Part shown: positions 8,657 to 19,363 of the stretch, in pieces
How the letters are laid out: the number at the start of each line of letters is the position of its first letter
Numbering within the stretch: position 1 is the stretch's first letter
DNA from: a virus
Virus record (IMG/VR): IMGVR_UViG_3300011115_000708
Coordinates: 1-64,000 of that record
Strand: one strand, 5' to 3'
DNA: 64,000 bases
Notes under the pieces: model-generated
Databases searched by the model: none
What the model saw: only the letters and a program-made list of their open reading frames with translations
Told to the model about the DNA's origin: nothing
Program-made: the position numbers and the translations under genes

Positions 8657-10246
8657 ATGGCAAAGAAAACAAAAGAGCTGACTCCACTAGAACAAGCGGA
8701 GCTCAGACTCAAGGCCACAAACCGACTCATTGCATCAAAGAAGGCCCAGGACTCGCTGATCGAGTTCGTTCGGCTAATGATGCCAGACCCAGAAGATCCA
8801 GATGACGCATCGAAGTCGCGCTACGAGGTGGCCAAGCACCACCAGGTACTGGCAGCGGCGCTGGAGGAGGTTGAGAAGGGAACGATGCCAAGGCTCATCA
8901 TCACGCTCCCACCGCGTCACGGAAAAAGCCAGATTTCCTCCAAGGCATTCCCAGCCTGGTTCATGGGCCGCGATCCATACAGACAGATGATCGTGGCATC
9001 GTACTCTGCTACCATGGCCGAGGATTTCGGTCGAGAGGTAAGATCCTACATGCAGACAACTGCGTTCCAGCAGGTATTTCCAAACTTCCAGCTCCGCAAA
9101 GGCGGCGCAGCCGCAGACCGAGTTCAGTCTGAGCAAGGTGGTATCGGTGTTTTTGTCGGTGCTGGCGGCGCTCTAACAGGTCGTGGTGCTGACTGCCTCC
9201 TGATCGACGACCCAGTTAAAGACCGCGAGGACGCGAATAGCTCAACCATGCGCGAGAAGTTGTGGGGATGGTTCACTGACGTGGCCATGACCCGTCTGAT
9301 GGGCGGGATGGGGCGCGTGGTGATTATCATGACCCGCTGGCATGAAGACGACCTTGTCGGCAGGCTCACAGATCCAAGCAACACCCACTACAATGCAGAA
9401 GAGGCAAAGCAATGGAAGATCATCTCGTTTCCAGCGTTGGCGGAGAACGACGACATCATGGGTCGTGAGTTGGATGAGCCGCTTTGGCCGACCAGGATCA
9501 CCTACGAGTTCCTCAACTCCCAGCGCCGACTCAATCCAAGAGGATTTTCAGCCCTGTACCAGGGCCGTCCTGCCCCCGAGGAGGGGGACTTCTTCAAAAA
9601 AGACTGGCTCCACACATATCAGCCACTCGACCTCCCGAAGAACCTACGATATTACTGCGCGTCTGACCACGCCGTATCTACTGCCCAAGACCGCGACCCG
9701 ACGGTATTGATGACAGTTGGGGTGGATGAGGATGACAATATCTGGGTGTTGCCAGACGTGTTCTGGCGGCGGGTCGAGACAGACGACGTTGTGGACGGCA
9801 TGATCGACCTCATGGCGAGGCACAAGCCGCTCATCTGGTGGGCGGAACGCGGCCACATCTCCAAGTCCATCGGCCCATTCCTTCGCAAGCGCATGGCCGA
9901 GGAGGGCGTTTACTGCGCCGTTGAGGAGGTCGTACCAGTAAAGGACAAGCAGACGCGTGCACAGGCCATCAGAGGCCGAATGGCAATGGGTAAGGTGAGA
10001 TTCCCAGCATTCGTTCCATGGTGGGAGGCCGCTCGCCAGCAAATGCTCACGTTCCCTGCTGGAAAGCACGACGACTTTGTTGACACCTTAGCCTACATCG
10101 GCCTAGGGCTTGGCCGAATGACATCGGCATCGTCATCCAGGAAAGTGAAACCATCTCCAGCAGTTGGAACTCTGGCCTGGGTGAAGTCTAAATCGGACAG
10201 GGATAAGAAGGATGAGTTTATGAGGAAATCCATTGCAGGATTCTGA
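8657..10246 (+). CDS. terL: Terminase large subunit (module A)
   Basis: PPRHGKS Walker A, TGRGAD.LLIDDPVKD, MTRWHEDDL, FPAGKHDDFVD nuclease motif. Confidence 0.95.
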   Translation: MAKKTKELTPLEQAELRLKATNRLIASKKAQDSLIEFVRLMMPDPEDPDDASKSRYEVAKHHQVLAAALEEVEKGTMPRLIITLPPRHGKSQISSKAFPAWFMGRDPYRQMIVASYSATMAEDFGREVRSYMQTTAFQQVFPNFQLRKGGAAADRVQSEQGGIGVFVGAGGALTGRGADCLLIDDPVKDREDANSSTMREKLWGWFTDVAMTRLMGGMGRVVIIMTRWHEDDLVGRLTDPSNTHYNAEEAKQWKIISFPALAENDDIMGRELDEPLWPTRITYEFLNSQRRLNPRGFSALYQGRPAPEEGDFFKKDWLHTYQPLDLPKNLRYYCASDHAVSTAQDRDPTVLMTVGVDEDDNIWVLPDVFWRRVETDDVVDGMIDLMARHKPLIWWAERGHISKSIGPFLRKRMAEEGVYCAVEEVVPVKDKQTRAQAIRGRMAMGKVRFPAFVPWWEAARQQMLTFPAGKHDDFVDTLAYIGLGLGRMTSASSSRKVKPSPAVGTLAWVKSKSDRDKKDEFMRKSIAGF

Positions 10247-10281
10247 AAAATCAAGTAGAAAAATCGCAGACAACTTTCCTG

Positions 10282-10827
10282 ATGAACATTGCAGACATAT
10301 TCAGACAGATGCAGATAAGGCAGGAAACCACTCCTAGCCCGATATATACGCAGGAAAACTCATTTGGGTATCCAACAATCATGGTTGGTCAGGCAGAACA
10401 ACAAGCTGGAGGCCCTGGATTGATGAATTATTTCAAACAAAATCCACATGTTGCTGGTATGGCGTGGGGTGCTGGATCAAATGGATCTGATCCAAGCGTT
10501 CCAAGATCAGTTGTTGTAAATCCATTCAACAAGAACATGATCTTCCCAGAAAAAAGGCGTGGTCTGCAAATGATCGAGGCTGTCAGACACAAAATGGATG
10601 AAACTAACTACCAGCCAAACTTCCCAGTCTCTCCAGAGATGCAAGCATATCGTGAAGCAACATACGGCGCAAATGAGCCATATCGAACAGACGACACTGC
10701 TTTTAGGAACAGCATGATCTCCAGGGCTATGGTTGGCGATCTGCCGAAAGATCCAAGATACCCAATGCCAGCCGTAGAAAATGCAGCTCGACAATTTGAG
10801 CAAAAATACTTCCCATCACAACCGTAA
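10282..10827 (+). CDS. Hypothetical, possibly virion-associated protein
   Basis: 181-aa ORF between terL and portal; YFKQNPHVAGMA, EAVRHKM. Confidence 0.6.
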   Translation: MNIADIFRQMQIRQETTPSPIYTQENSFGYPTIMVGQAEQQAGGPGLMNYFKQNPHVAGMAWGAGSNGSDPSVPRSVVVNPFNKNMIFPEKRRGLQMIEAVRHKMDETNYQPNFPVSPEMQAYREATYGANEPYRTDDTAFRNSMISRAMVGDLPKDPRYPMPAVENAARQFEQKYFPSQP

Positions 10828-10829
10828 TC

Positions 10830-12971
10830 ATGATAGACGAAACCTCAATGAGTCCAGAAATGGAAGATCCTAGCGCATCACTTGGCCAAATCACTGAAGA
10901 AGTGGTGAAGAGCGGCATGGTTCGTGACAAGCCAGACATTGATAAGAGCCGCGAGGCGCTTGTCCAGAAATGGTCTGATAAAATTGCTGGAGCAAAGTCC
11001 CATTGGAGAGAAGATTTCGACCGAATGAAGGAGAACCAGGCATTTTTGCGTGGCGCTCAGTGGGATGGTGAGGAAGACGATGAAAAGTACCTAGCCAACG
11101 TGATTCAGCGGCACATCAACCAGCGCGTAGCCGCGCTCTACGCCAAGAACCCTAAGGTGGTAACCCGCAGACGGAAGACTCTCGACTTCAAGGAATGGGA
11201 CGGCAGCGTTGACTCGCTCAACACGCTCCAGGCGGCAGTACAGAACTCAATGATGAGCGGAATGCCGATTGATCCGCAGATTACCAACCTCCTCACAGAC
11301 ATCCAAAATGGATGCAATCGCAAGAAGATGATGCAGAAGGTGGCTGAAACGCTTCAGATCGTGTACGACTACACTCTGAACCAGCAGCTTCCTCCATTCA
11401 AGATCCAGATGAAGCAGCTTGTACGCCGTGTCTGCACCACTGGCATCGGCTACGTCAAACTCGGCTACACCAGGATCATGGAGCGCAGCCCAGACGACAC
11501 TGAGCGCATCAATGGAATGTCTGAACAGATTTCCAAACTTGAAGCTCTCATGGCCGACAAGAATGACGGCGAGATTGAGGATGATTCTCACAAGTTGGAA
11601 GAACTTCGCGGCATGCTGGAAGATTTTAAAACTCGGGACAAGGAAATTACCAGAGAGGGAATCACATTCGACTTCCCATCGTCAACCAGTATCATTATCG
11701 ATCCAGCATGCCGCCATCTTCGCACGTTCCTTGGAGCTCGATGGATCGCCGAGGAGTTCATCCTCACGGTTGATGACGTGAAGGAGATCTATGGCGTTGA
11801 CCTAAAGAATGCTGCAGACGTTACTAACTACGAGACTGGAATTCCAAACCTCAAGCAGAAGATCGAATCTCTGAATGGTGGACTTCGCAAGCGCGAGGTT
11901 GAGGGTGTCTGCGTATGGGTGATCTATGACAAGGGATCTGGTCAGACCATGACGATTGCGGATGGCTACAGCGATTTCCTGGTTGCTCCAAAAGAGCCAG
12001 ACGTGTTCATTGAGCGGTTCTGGCCAATCTTCCCGCTCACCTTCAACGAGGCCGAGGACGAGGAGAGCATCTTCCCACGCTCTGACGTGCATCTTCTCAA
12101 GCCACTGCAGATGGAATACAACCGCTGCCGCGAAGGATTGCGCCAGCACCGTATTGCTAGCCGTCCTAAGACGGCAGTGGCTGCAGGGCAACTTGATGAC
12201 GACGATATGGAGAAGCTCCAGTCGCACCCAGCGAATGCCGTGATTGTGCTGAACTCGCTTCCTCCAAATGGAGACGTGAATAAGCTGCTTCAGCCGATCA
12301 ACGGCCCACGCATTGACACGGCACTCTACGACACAGGCCCAATCTTTGAGGATCTTCTCCGCGTAGTCGGCCAGTCTGATGCATCCATCGGAGCTGCCCA
12401 GTCTGGCGTGACAGCAACTGGAGACTCGATTGCCGAACAGAACCGCACGGTAGCCCTAGCATCGAATGCAGACGATCTTGACGACATGCTGGTAGAACTT
12501 TCTCGCGCAGCGGGTCAGATCCTTTTGGCTGAAATGGATCAGCAGACGGTATTTAAGATCGTTGGCCCAGGCGCTGTCTGGCCTGAGTTGAGCAAGAAAG
12601 ACATTGCAGACGAGTTGATACTCGAAATCGAAGCTGGAAGCTCTGGCCGCCCAAACCGCGCAGCGGAAGTCGCCAACATGGAACGTCTAACTCCGCTTCT
12701 GCTCCAGATCCCTGGGGTTCGGCCAGACTGGCTCGTGAAGCAGATCATCAGCAGAATGGATGACCAACTTGATGTGGCTGAAGCATTTGCTGCCAATCTT
12801 CCGTCGATCATCGCCCAGAACGCCATGCAGAAACAGGCGCAAATCATGGGAGCTGGGATGCCACCAGGCCCAGGGTCGGAGGGTGGCGCTGATAACCAGG
12901 AAGCTCCACCTCAAGGCCCTGCTCCGCAGGGCGCTCCAGCTCAAATGCCGCAGACAATGGCGAATGCTTGA
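10830..12971 (+). CDS. Portal protein (podovirus-type)
   Basis: 713 aa, after terL and before scaffold; Q/P-rich C-tail; EIEAGSSGRPN. Confidence 0.85.
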   Translation: MIDETSMSPEMEDPSASLGQITEEVVKSGMVRDKPDIDKSREALVQKWSDKIAGAKSHWREDFDRMKENQAFLRGAQWDGEEDDEKYLANVIQRHINQRVAALYAKNPKVVTRRRKTLDFKEWDGSVDSLNTLQAAVQNSMMSGMPIDPQITNLLTDIQNGCNRKKMMQKVAETLQIVYDYTLNQQLPPFKIQMKQLVRRVCTTGIGYVKLGYTRIMERSPDDTERINGMSEQISKLEALMADKNDGEIEDDSHKLEELRGMLEDFKTRDKEITREGITFDFPSSTSIIIDPACRHLRTFLGARWIAEEFILTVDDVKEIYGVDLKNAADVTNYETGIPNLKQKIESLNGGLRKREVEGVCVWVIYDKGSGQTMTIADGYSDFLVAPKEPDVFIERFWPIFPLTFNEAEDEESIFPRSDVHLLKPLQMEYNRCREGLRQHRIASRPKTAVAAGQLDDDDMEKLQSHPANAVIVLNSLPPNGDVNKLLQPINGPRIDTALYDTGPIFEDLLRVVGQSDASIGAAQSGVTATGDSIAEQNRTVALASNADDLDDMLVELSRAAGQILLAEMDQQTVFKIVGPGAVWPELSKKDIADELILEIEAGSSGRPNRAAEVANMERLTPLLLQIPGVRPDWLVKQIISRMDDQLDVAEAFAANLPSIIAQNAMQKQAQIMGAGMPPGPGSEGGADNQEAPPQGPAPQGAPAQMPQTMANA

Positions 12972-12998
12972 GAAGAAAAAAACTCAGACAATTTACTG

Positions 12999-13026
12999 TT
13001 GACATACAGACAGAAAAAATTACTCT
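12999..13026 (+). promoter_or_regulatory. Promoter upstream of scaffold/capsid genes
   Basis: TTGACA-N16-TACTCT, spacer begins TACAGACAG. Confidence 0.6.
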
Positions 13027-13032
13027 CTACCC

Positions 13033-14061
13033 ATGACGGACACATATGAGTCAGATTCGTCATCTGACCACACACAAAACGCAACAGACAACGCTGCAGA
13101 CACGCAAGTAGATAGCAGCACAAACCAGGACGCAGAGCATCAGACAGATTCGTCCACTGTCGGCAGCAGCGAAAAACCAGGTTCACTCCTCGATCTCGTA
13201 AAAGATGTCGTGGAAAGGAACCAGGTCGTGGAATCGCAGACCACATCGGATGAGAAATCGGCAGACCAAGTCATTTCTGATGAACCAACGAAAGAAGAAG
13301 CCAATCCCGCATCGAGTGATGAAGTGGACGCAGACGCTCAGGACGGTTCAAAGGACGACGAAAAGCTCCCATTTAACAACCACCCACGTTTCAAGGCCCT
13401 GATTCAAGAGAAGAACTCCTACAAGGAGGATGCAGCTCACTTTCGGAATTTGTCGCATTTCATGCACGTCAACAGTCTGAGCGCCGATGAGGTGAATCAG
13501 GGGTTGGAGTTCTTGGCTGCGTTAAAATCCGATCCGATGAAGGCTCGTGAGATGATTGCTGGAACCAATAAGTATTTGGATCAAGTGGCAGGAGAAATCC
13601 TTCCAGATGATGTAAATGAAATGGTCGAAAATGGCGATATTAGTGAGGAGGCGGCAAAGCAATTTTCCAAAACCAAAGCTCAGCTCGCAATTGAGCAACA
13701 ACGTCAGGCAAATTTGCAGCAGCAGCAGCAAAATTACCAAGGCGAAATGGCTCGCAATCAAATCGTAGGTGCAATTGAGCAATGGGATCAGCAAGTGATG
13801 GCTCGCGACCCTGATTATCAGTCCAAACGCCAATTGGTATTGAAGAACCTGGAACTGGCACAGATGCGTCAACCAGCTCGCACACCTCAAGAAGCACTGG
13901 CATATGCCGATGCGGCTTATAAAGAGGCAAACGAGTACTTGAAGCACCTAATGCCAAAGAAAGTTGAAATCAAGCAACCAACTAGCGCTCAATCAGTGAA
14001 CCATGCAAAAGCCAAGCCTCAAACCTTGGAAGATGTAATTCGGCTTCACGTCAACGCTTAA
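13033..14061 (+). CDS. Capsid scaffolding protein
   Basis: Acidic disordered N-terminus, LPFNNHPRFK, coiled coil; lies between portal and capsid. Confidence 0.75.
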   Translation: MTDTYESDSSSDHTQNATDNAADTQVDSSTNQDAEHQTDSSTVGSSEKPGSLLDLVKDVVERNQVVESQTTSDEKSADQVISDEPTKEEANPASSDEVDADAQDGSKDDEKLPFNNHPRFKALIQEKNSYKEDAAHFRNLSHFMHVNSLSADEVNQGLEFLAALKSDPMKAREMIAGTNKYLDQVAGEILPDDVNEMVENGDISEEAAKQFSKTKAQLAIEQQRQANLQQQQQNYQGEMARNQIVGAIEQWDQQVMARDPDYQSKRQLVLKNLELAQMRQPARTPQEALAYADAAYKEANEYLKHLMPKKVEIKQPTSAQSVNHAKAKPQTLEDVIRLHVNA

Positions 14062-14079
14062 CCCTAACTAACTACTACC

Positions 14080-15198
14080 ATGGCCTTTACTCAGACCCAA
14101 ATGGATGCTGTTGCAAGCTACGCTCTCGACTTTTTTGTCAAAGGCGAGGCTTTCGACCAATCAATTCAAGATAAACCACTCCTTTCCGCTCTTCGCGGTA
14201 AGCAGAAAACCTTCTCAGGTGGAAAAGGAAAGATTTCCATTCCTGTTGTTGGAGACTACGCAGACACCGATGCTGGTCTTGTAACCCTCGCTCCTGGTGG
14301 AACCTTGGGTTCTGGCGATAATGCCACGAACTTCTTCAAGGGCTATCAGTACGATGATACTGTTGGATTCGTCAACCCGAACTCCGTCAAGCGTGCATCC
14401 TATGACTACGCTGAAATTCACGCTGGTATCAACGTGACATTCACCGAGCTCAAACAAGATGGTATCACCATTGTGGATAGCGCATTCGGTGACAAGACCG
14501 CAAAAGCAAGTGGTCGTGAGATCACCGCGCTGACTGGCTTGCTTGACCACAAGCTCGGATCGATGGCTGAAGGCTGGGCTCGTAAGATGAACCAGATGTT
14601 GTGGCGTACTGGAGCTCAAGACTCCAAGCAGTCGATTGGTCTTTTGGCCTTCATTGTTGATGCTCCAAGTGGATCTACGACCATCGGCGGCCTTAACCGC
14701 AGCACCTACGCATGGTGGCGTAACCGTGCCAGCCTTGGAATCTCTGCAGGTTCCGATGTGTTGACGCAAACGCTCCGTGCTGAAGTTCGCCAACTCACCC
14801 GTTATGGTGGCAAGCCAGACCTCATCCTCTGCGGATCGAAATTCCTCGATGCGCTTGAGAAAGAAGTCGCTGCCAAGGCGCTCTACTCGCAAAGCGGAGT
14901 TGCTGGAAGCAAGAACATTGCTTCGCCAAGCGTGACCATCACTGGTATCGGCACATTTGTGTACGATCCAACTCTTGATGACCTCACCGCTATCATGAAC
15001 AATACCATCGACTACTCGAAACGCTGCTACTTCATCGATACCAAGGCAATCAACCTGTACGTCATGGAAGGAGAGGACAACAAGATCCACTCCCCAGCGC
15101 GCCCAGAGACGAAATACGCTCTATACCGCTCGATGACCTGGACTGGTGGAATGGTCGCTAACCGCATGAATTCGTGCGGCGTGTACTCCATCGCCTAA
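14080..15198 (+). CDS. Major capsid protein (module A)
   Basis: 372 aa, strong codon bias, IGGLNRSTYAWWRN, followed by a terminator. Confidence 0.85.
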   Translation: MAFTQTQMDAVASYALDFFVKGEAFDQSIQDKPLLSALRGKQKTFSGGKGKISIPVVGDYADTDAGLVTLAPGGTLGSGDNATNFFKGYQYDDTVGFVNPNSVKRASYDYAEIHAGINVTFTELKQDGITIVDSAFGDKTAKASGREITALTGLLDHKLGSMAEGWARKMNQMLWRTGAQDSKQSIGLLAFIVDAPSGSTTIGGLNRSTYAWWRNRASLGISAGSDVLTQTLRAEVRQLTRYGGKPDLILCGSKFLDALEKEVAAKALYSQSGVAGSKNIASPSVTITGIGTFVYDPTLDDLTAIMNNTIDYSKRCYFIDTKAINLYVMEGEDNKIHSPARPETKYALYRSMTWTGGMVANRMNSCGVYSIA

Positions 15199-15205
15199 AC
15201 TAACT

Positions 15206-15245
15206 GGACAGGGGGAGAGAAATCTCCCCCTGCCCTTTATTTTCT
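15206..15245 (+). terminator. Intrinsic terminator after capsid gene
   Basis: CAGGGGGAGA-GAAA-TCTCCCCCTG followed by TTTATTTT. Confidence 0.85.
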
Positions 15246-15269
15246 CACAAAAATACATAGACACACATT

Positions 15270-15695
15270 ATGCAAAATTGCTCAGTAATCCTATCAATCG
15301 GTGGTGATATCACCAAGACCGTTCAAGTTGACAAAGTAAATCCAGCTCATGCCCTGGTTCTCATGCGCCTTCATGGCCGTGAATCTGTAGTTCGCATGCC
15401 TGGAACAACTGATGAATCCAACGAGGTTCATATGGAAGTCATCCAGCATCTTGCCTATACTTATGGCCCAGGAGTGATCGAGGATGTTTTTGGTAAGCAG
15501 TTATATGGAATCAAACTGCCAACCCGATTCTCTGAAATTCAGCTCTCAATTGCTGGAGAAAACGAAGAATCAGCTCCAGAACCAGAAGTGGCAACGGTGA
15601 AAAGAGGGCGCAAGCCAAAGGCTGTTGTTGACTCGGAACCTGCTTCCGATGATACTGAGCCAGCCGCAGACAGCGAAGATCCTGTCGAAGCCTAA
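15270..15695 (+). CDS. Hypothetical virion-morphogenesis protein
   Basis: 141-aa ORF in the structural operon. Confidence 0.6.
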   Translation: MQNCSVILSIGGDITKTVQVDKVNPAHALVLMRLHGRESVVRMPGTTDESNEVHMEVIQHLAYTYGPGVIEDVFGKQLYGIKLPTRFSEIQLSIAGENEESAPEPEVATVKRGRKPKAVVDSEPASDDTEPAADSEDPVEA

Positions 15696-15712
15696 GCCAC
15701 CCATAACGATCA

Positions 15713-16393
15713 ATGTCCACCACACTTGCTGAACTCGTCACGGCTGTAAGAGCCGAAATTGGTGATTCGACAAACATGTCGATGGGCATTGATTCTCTTC
15801 CTGCCATCAGGCAGACACTCAAGCGAGTCCAGGAAACCTACTACCTAGACTACGACTGGCCTCATCTCATTATTGATCGGGATGAAGACCTAATCGCTGG
15901 AGAGCGGTTCTACACGTTCAACTCTGACGTGAATTTTGACCGTATCTTCTCTACATGGGTGCGGGATGGTGACATGTGGATCAAGATGGACTACGGTATC
16001 GACCCAGAGCACTACAACTCGTCTGATCCAGATCTCCTCCAGAACGAGCCAGTCCCAACCAGGTGGAACTACTACGAAGACAACCAGTTTGAGGTATGGC
16101 CAACCCCATCCCAAGCTGGACGCATGCGGTTCCGATGCGTGAAGGCGCTTCCTCCGCTTGTCGCAGACACAGACATCTGTGTGCTTGACCCAAACCTTCT
16201 AATCCTAACGGTGGCGGCAGAGATGCTGGCTCGTTCGCGTTCGGAAGATGCTCAGCTCAAGTTGTCGCTTGCCAATAACCACTACCAGCGAATTAAGGGC
16301 CGTCTGCAGAAAACCAGGATGTTTGAAATGGGCAAGGCTCCATATGCAAGCACCAAACCAAGAAACTGGACGATCCGAGTACCTCGTAAATAA
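15713..16393 (+). CDS. Head-tail adaptor / tail tubular protein A-like
   Basis: TLAELVTAVRAE, YDWPHL, FEVWPTP; position and size. Confidence 0.7.
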   Translation: MSTTLAELVTAVRAEIGDSTNMSMGIDSLPAIRQTLKRVQETYYLDYDWPHLIIDRDEDLIAGERFYTFNSDVNFDRIFSTWVRDGDMWIKMDYGIDPEHYNSSDPDLLQNEPVPTRWNYYEDNQFEVWPTPSQAGRMRFRCVKALPPLVADTDICVLDPNLLILTVAAEMLARSRSEDAQLKLSLANNHYQRIKGRLQKTRMFEMGKAPYASTKPRNWTIRVPRK

Positions 16394-16395
16394 TC

Positions 16396-18207
16396 ATGGC
16401 CTACGTTTTTGTCAGCTCGTTCAAGAACGGCATTGATGCCAGGAGGAATAAACTCAATGCTCAGCAAGGCAGTTTTGTGTCTGCAAAGAATGTGCATATC
16501 AACCGAGGTGGTGAGATTGAAAAGCGCAAGGCATTCGTTGAGAAATACGTCCTTCCAGCGGGAAAAACCAAAGGGCTATACGCCAACAATTCTGGCGTGT
16601 TCGTATTCGGAACGGATGATCTTACTGGAATCAGTTTTCCAAGAGGGCTTGAGTATTATCGAATGACTGGTCAAACATCTGGCTACTCACTAGACCAGGT
16701 GATGTCGGTGGATTCATTCAACAACAAGCCGTATGTGTCTGCAAAGCTAACCAATACAACAGGGTCATATTTTGCTCATTTTTACGAACAAACATCAGGA
16801 GGCACAACATCAAATAGCCAGGTAACCGCATGGAGCACGATTGAAGATGCATCATCTTTTGCTCCAGTAAAAGAGATTGTAAAAGAACTGTCTGAGCTTA
16901 TGGATGTCGATCCAAATGCCACAGTTCAATTTGTGACTGGATCAGTAGCATCAGCAACAAGCCCATCTATCCTGATAACTGCAAGAACGGTAAATACTCA
17001 CCTAACAATCACGGCGCTTCCAGACTCAACAGTTGGTGGTGCTCTTGATGCCACTATTACTACAATAATAGCGGCAGCTCCTGGAGTAAAGGAAGTTCAA
17101 GAGGTGTCATTTTCTGGAGCAGTTGCAATTGGGACAGTGAATACCCTATTCAAGGTGACCATTACAAATGGTACTAGCTCAAATTCTTATTCAACAAGCT
17201 CAAGAGAAACTTTCAGTACTCATTTTATCAAGACATTCAAGACGAAGATGTATGCATCGTCTGGGTCACTGATGTACTTCAGCCACACAGCATCACCAAC
17301 TGATTGGGGAATAACATCAGTAAACAAATTCTCTGGATATGAAAATCTAGCCGCACAAATCGGATCATATACAAAATCAATTGGAGCAGCCAGCTATCAA
17401 AGCTACATGGCAATCTTTGCCAGAAGAAGCACTCAGATTTGGCAGATGGTTGCTGGAGCTCCAGTTGATAACCAGGTAGCCCAATTGATGGATGGAGTTG
17501 GGGCTGTTGCTCCTGGATCAATTTCTAGCTTTGGTGAGCTCGACGTATTCTTCTTGTCTGATACTGGAATTCGCTCATTGCGAGCCAGGGACTCATCCAA
17601 TGCAGCAGTCGTATTCGACATTGGTACATCCATTGATCCAATCGTGCAGGCAAAAATGACCACCACTGGATACCGAAAAACCAAGTTGGCCAAGGCGATC
17701 ATCGAACCAACCGATGGGCGCTACCTCATTGCAATCGGCAATACTGTTTTCGTCTACTCGTTCTTTCCAGCATCTGGAATATCGGCATGGACAACCTATG
17801 ATCTTGGTTTTGAAGTGGAGGACTGGGCAGTTCAAGACAACCGACTCTACTGCCGATCTGGGGAGAAGATCTACCTATACGGTGGTGACGACAACAATAC
17901 CTACGATTCGTCAGAGGCATCCGTGGAGCTTTCCTGGCTGTCTGCAGACAAACCAGCTCATAAGAAACGCTTCTACGGCCTGGATGTCTCTTGCGAAGGG
18001 ACTTGGACGGCCCAAATCAGTACTGATCCAGTAACAAATCAGTTCGTCACTACAGGATCTGTGATCGGCCAAAACTTCAGCCAGCCAAATTTCAGGATGT
18101 CTGCGCTCGGAACCCATATTGGCTTGAAGTTCTCTACCACAGATGCATCATTCTCACGGCTCTCATCCACATGCATTCACTTTGATTTCACTGACCCCGC
18201 ACGATAA
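16396..18207 (+). CDS. Tail tubular B / nozzle (P22 gp10-like) protein
   Basis: 603 aa, KNVHINRGGEIEKR, FFLSDTGIRSL, AWTTYD beta-propeller character. Confidence 0.7.
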   Translation: MAYVFVSSFKNGIDARRNKLNAQQGSFVSAKNVHINRGGEIEKRKAFVEKYVLPAGKTKGLYANNSGVFVFGTDDLTGISFPRGLEYYRMTGQTSGYSLDQVMSVDSFNNKPYVSAKLTNTTGSYFAHFYEQTSGGTTSNSQVTAWSTIEDASSFAPVKEIVKELSELMDVDPNATVQFVTGSVASATSPSILITARTVNTHLTITALPDSTVGGALDATITTIIAAAPGVKEVQEVSFSGAVAIGTVNTLFKVTITNGTSSNSYSTSSRETFSTHFIKTFKTKMYASSGSLMYFSHTASPTDWGITSVNKFSGYENLAAQIGSYTKSIGAASYQSYMAIFARRSTQIWQMVAGAPVDNQVAQLMDGVGAVAPGSISSFGELDVFFLSDTGIRSLRARDSSNAAVVFDIGTSIDPIVQAKMTTTGYRKTKLAKAIIEPTDGRYLIAIGNTVFVYSFFPASGISAWTTYDLGFEVEDWAVQDNRLYCRSGEKIYLYGGDDNNTYDSSEASVELSWLSADKPAHKKRFYGLDVSCEGTWTAQISTDPVTNQFVTTGSVIGQNFSQPNFRMSALGTHIGLKFSTTDASFSRLSSTCIHFDFTDPAR

Positions 18208-18225
18208 CCAATACCATTTGAAAAT

Positions 18226-18924
18226 ATGAGCAGTTTATTCGGAGGCGGAAGTAATAAGGCGGCAAATGAAGCAAACAAGCTGTCCAAACAGCAGTTTCAA
18301 TACCAAAAAGATCAGGCTGCTAAGGCAGAGGCTGATGCTTTGGCAAAACGTGCAAGCATCGAGAAGGGCCTTGGTGACATCTCCAACATCTTCTCTCAGT
18401 ACAATGATCCGTACTATGCTGGAATTTCGGAGAACTACAGACAATATGCCAACCCACAGCTTGAGAAGTCATTCCAGGAATCAAGTGGGAATATCACATC
18501 GAATCTTGCAAACAGAGGAAAACTTGGATCATCCACTGCCGTAAAGCAGTACGGTGATCTTGGCAGCACTTATGGCGCGATGCGCCAGCAGTCTGAGATG
18601 AAGGCTCAGGATTATGCCAACCAGCAACGACAAGCAATCAACCAGGCTCGTTCACAGACAATCGGCCAGCTTTACTCCTCTGAGTCGCCGCAGGCGGCGC
18701 TCCAGTCGGCCAATGCTTTCGTTCCACAGCTCAACGCTGGGCCATCGTTCAGCGCCATCGGTGACATCCTGAACCAAGCATCTAAATTTGCTGCCCAAGA
18801 CTACACATCTGCTCAATTCAGACCACAGGGTGGAATGCTCTTTGCCAATGAATACACTGGAAATAGCCGAAGCAACCCGAATGTGAACAAGCAAAACAAT
18901 GTTTCCACCTATACTGGGTACTGA
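18226..18924 (+). CDS. Internal virion (ejection) protein
   Basis: MSSLFGGG start, Q/A/S-rich helical sequence. Confidence 0.6.
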   Translation: MSSLFGGGSNKAANEANKLSKQQFQYQKDQAAKAEADALAKRASIEKGLGDISNIFSQYNDPYYAGISENYRQYANPQLEKSFQESSGNITSNLANRGKLGSSTAVKQYGDLGSTYGAMRQQSEMKAQDYANQQRQAINQARSQTIGQLYSSESPQAALQSANAFVPQLNAGPSFSAIGDILNQASKFAAQDYTSAQFRPQGGMLFANEYTGNSRSNPNVNKQNNVSTYTGY

Positions 18925-18931
18925 TGTCAAG

Positions 18932-19363
18932 ATGACCATCGACGAGTTTGAGGCTGCGATCATCGACGGCCCAAGAGTCGATTGCCCAGTCACCAACCGA
19001 TTCACCCCTGGTATGTACATCAGGGAAATCTTCATGCCAGCAGGTTCGTTTGTTACCAGCATGGAGCACAAGACCGAGCATCCTTTTGTAATCTCTAAGG
19101 GAAAAGTTATGGTCACCTCAGAAAATGAGGGCCAAGTCATCTATGAAGCGCCGCATTTAGGGATAACGGCTCCTGGAACCAGGAGAGCTCTCTACATTAT
19201 TGAGGACACTGTCTGGACAACATTCCACGTCACAGACGAGACAGACGTGGAGAAGATTGGTCTTGAAATTCTAGCTCCACACAATAACATCCTGATCGAA
19301 CCCAACCACCCATCGCTGAACGCGTGGAATGGAGGCAAGCAACCAACTAACCTCATCGAATAA
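18932..19363 (+). CDS. Cupin-like conserved podophage protein
   Basis: RFTPGMYIREIFMPAGS..TS..HKTEHPF.ISKG; start ATG 18932. Confidence 0.7.
   Translation: MTIDEFEAAIIDGPRVDCPVTNRFTPGMYIREIFMPAGSFVTSMEHKTEHPFVISKGKVMVTSENEGQVIYEAPHLGITAPGTRRALYIIEDTVWTTFHVTDETDVEKIGLEILAPHNNILIEPNHPSLNAWNGGKQPTNLIE

Noticed and set aside
14215-15090. 291-aa antisense ORF over the capsid gene
   Set aside because: Expected shadow of strongly biased codon usage; no protein-like motifs.
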